Shown piece by piece: positions 1 through 55,321 of a stretch of 55,321 nucleotides of DNA. The translations under genes were made by a program, and so were the position numbers. The stretch comes from Octopus bimaculoides (lineage: Eukaryota). The stretch spans positions 25,595,159-25,650,479 of the forward strand of contig NC_068985.1 of NCBI RefSeq assembly GCF_001194135.2. The letters run 5' to 3'. The notes under the pieces are model-generated. The model made no database searches and was not told the origin of the DNA. It saw only the letters and a program-made list of their open reading frames with translations. The first letter of the stretch is position 1. Each line of letters begins with the position of its first letter.

Positions 1-38
<38 letters not shown>

Positions 39-234
39 ATGTATTTATGTATGTGTGTGTATACATTAGGACCTCTAAAAACAAGTTCATACATCTGAAG
101 TTCATATATCCAAAATCTACTGTAATGCTTTAGAGTGTGCTTCTTTTTCGGATATACAAACTACTGACGATATTTATGTATGTGTAGAGACAGACACAGA
201 CAGACATGTTTAAAAAATATTCACTACAGTACAT

Positions 235-626
235 TGTTGTTGTTGTTGGCACTCCGTCGCTTACGACATCGAGGGTTCCAGTTGATCCGATCAACGGTAC
301 AGCCTGCTCATGAAATTGACGTGCAAGTGGCTGAGCACTCCACAGACACGTGTACCCTTAACATAGTTCTCGGGGATATTCAGCATGACACAGAGTATAG
401 CAAGGCTGACCCTTTGAATTACAGGCACAACAGAAACAGGAATTAAGAGTGAGAGAAAGTTGTGGTGAAAGAGTACAGCAGGGTTCGCCACCATCCCCTG
501 CCGGAGCCTCGTGGAGTTTTAAGTGTTTTCACTCAATAAACATTCACAACGCCCGGTCTGGGAATCAAAACCACGATCCTATGACCGCGAGTCCGCTGCC
601 CTAACCACTGGGCCATTACGCCTCCA
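235..626 (-). mobile_element. Full-length tRNA-derived SINE (family 1) with 13-bp TSD
   Basis: Minus-strand head GGAGGCGTAATGGCCCAGTGGTTAGG...GGTTTTGATTCCC (Pol III A/B-box-like) and (CAA)n tail. Flanked by cactacagtacat at 222-234 and 627-639. Highly similar to 44457-44843. Confidence 0.88.
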
Positions 627-830
627 CACTACAGTACATAAACTTACACAAACACATACATGCACAAACTTCACTTATACACTCACATACACACATTAGT
701 AATGAATTATCAAATAGAAAAACAATGCTTTTCTTAAAACCAGAAAGTGTAAGTAATAAATAGTAGGACAGATGCAGACTTTTAATAGAAACGTTTCTAT
801 TATTGCGAAAGACTGACAAATGTTACTTAC

Positions 831-54688
<53,858 letters not shown>

Positions 54689-54734
54689 CTAAAATAGATA
54701 AGAATAAATATGAATAAAATAAATAAATAAATAA

Positions 54735-54772
<38 letters not shown>

Positions 54773-55193
54773 TCACACGCGACTACAAGCTATTCTTCCT
54801 GTCTCTCTGTCTTTTTTGGATTGGACATCCAGCCAGCTGGACGTAATTTCTCTCACCACGCAATATTTTTTTCTCTTCTACTATTTTTCCTCTTCTATTT
54901 ATTCTATATCCTTTCAAAATTTCTCCCAGGCGTTACCCATTACAATTCGTCTTGGCTTAACGGTCCTTAATGTCTGTCTTCATCAATTGTTTACTCTGTA
55001 CGTCCACTCTGGTGTCGTTTGTTCGTTCAAAGCCCAACTTCTCCACAAATATTATATATCTAAAATTTCTGGATGCTGCAGTCCTATGAAGTTTTCCTGT
55101 CTTGTCGTTGAAAGCTCAAAACATGTAGTAATAAATAGTCAACAACTGAGGAGGGGTTAGACTTCCTTTGGAATTTTGTCTTGTACTTATTTC

Positions 55194-55321
55194 TGTGTGT
55201 TTACATATTTTTCACTCGCTGGTGATATCCTGTACTTAATGTGTATTTTTTGGCATTTGCCCTGTGTTTACATATTTTTCACTTGCTGGTGATGTCCTGT
55301 ATTTGATGTGTATTTTTCAAT
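55194..55321. repeat. 67-bp tandem repeat (two copies, running off the window)
   Basis: tgtttacatatttttcact(c/t)gctggtgat(a/g)tcctgta at 55198 and 55265. Confidence 0.85.

Noticed and set aside
180-494. ORFs of 88 and 67 aa (and 44436-44666)
   Set aside because: They fall inside a tRNA-derived SINE.
235-626. tRNA-like heads as possible tRNA genes (also 26440-26526, 44457-44540)
   Set aside because: They continue into SINE bodies with tails and TSDs and do not form a full cloverleaf.

Overview
AT-rich animal genomic DNA, rich in microsatellites and transposons, with seven N gaps. The repeat families look like those of a coleoid cephalopod, probably Octopus (recognition only, no database search). 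The whole window lies inside one very large cadherin-superfamily gene on the minus strand. I reconstructed 31 GT-AG exons by hand (831..54688, about 1,694 codons, no stops) that encode about 16 tandem extracellular cadherin (EC) repeats. No start, signal peptide, transmembrane or cytoplasmic region is present, so the gene continues past both ends. Every intron is phase 0, and exons alternate strictly between an 'A' type (59-65 aa; strands F-G of one repeat, the linker, strands A-B of the next) and a 'B' type (39-54 aa; strands C-E), with one fused A+B exon. None of the 16 linkers has the canonical DxNDN motif. They read x-[R/K]-[N/D]-x-x-x-P, the DRE motif is almost always lost, and DxD and AxD are mostly kept, which suggests one-calcium junctions; one repeat has lost essentially the whole set. 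The introns hold tRNA-headed SINEs with target-site duplications, RTE LINE remnants (one with a PHD finger), hAT, Tigger and mariner remnants, a hammerhead-like motif, a multi-hairpin dispersed repeat and an unidentified decayed ORF.
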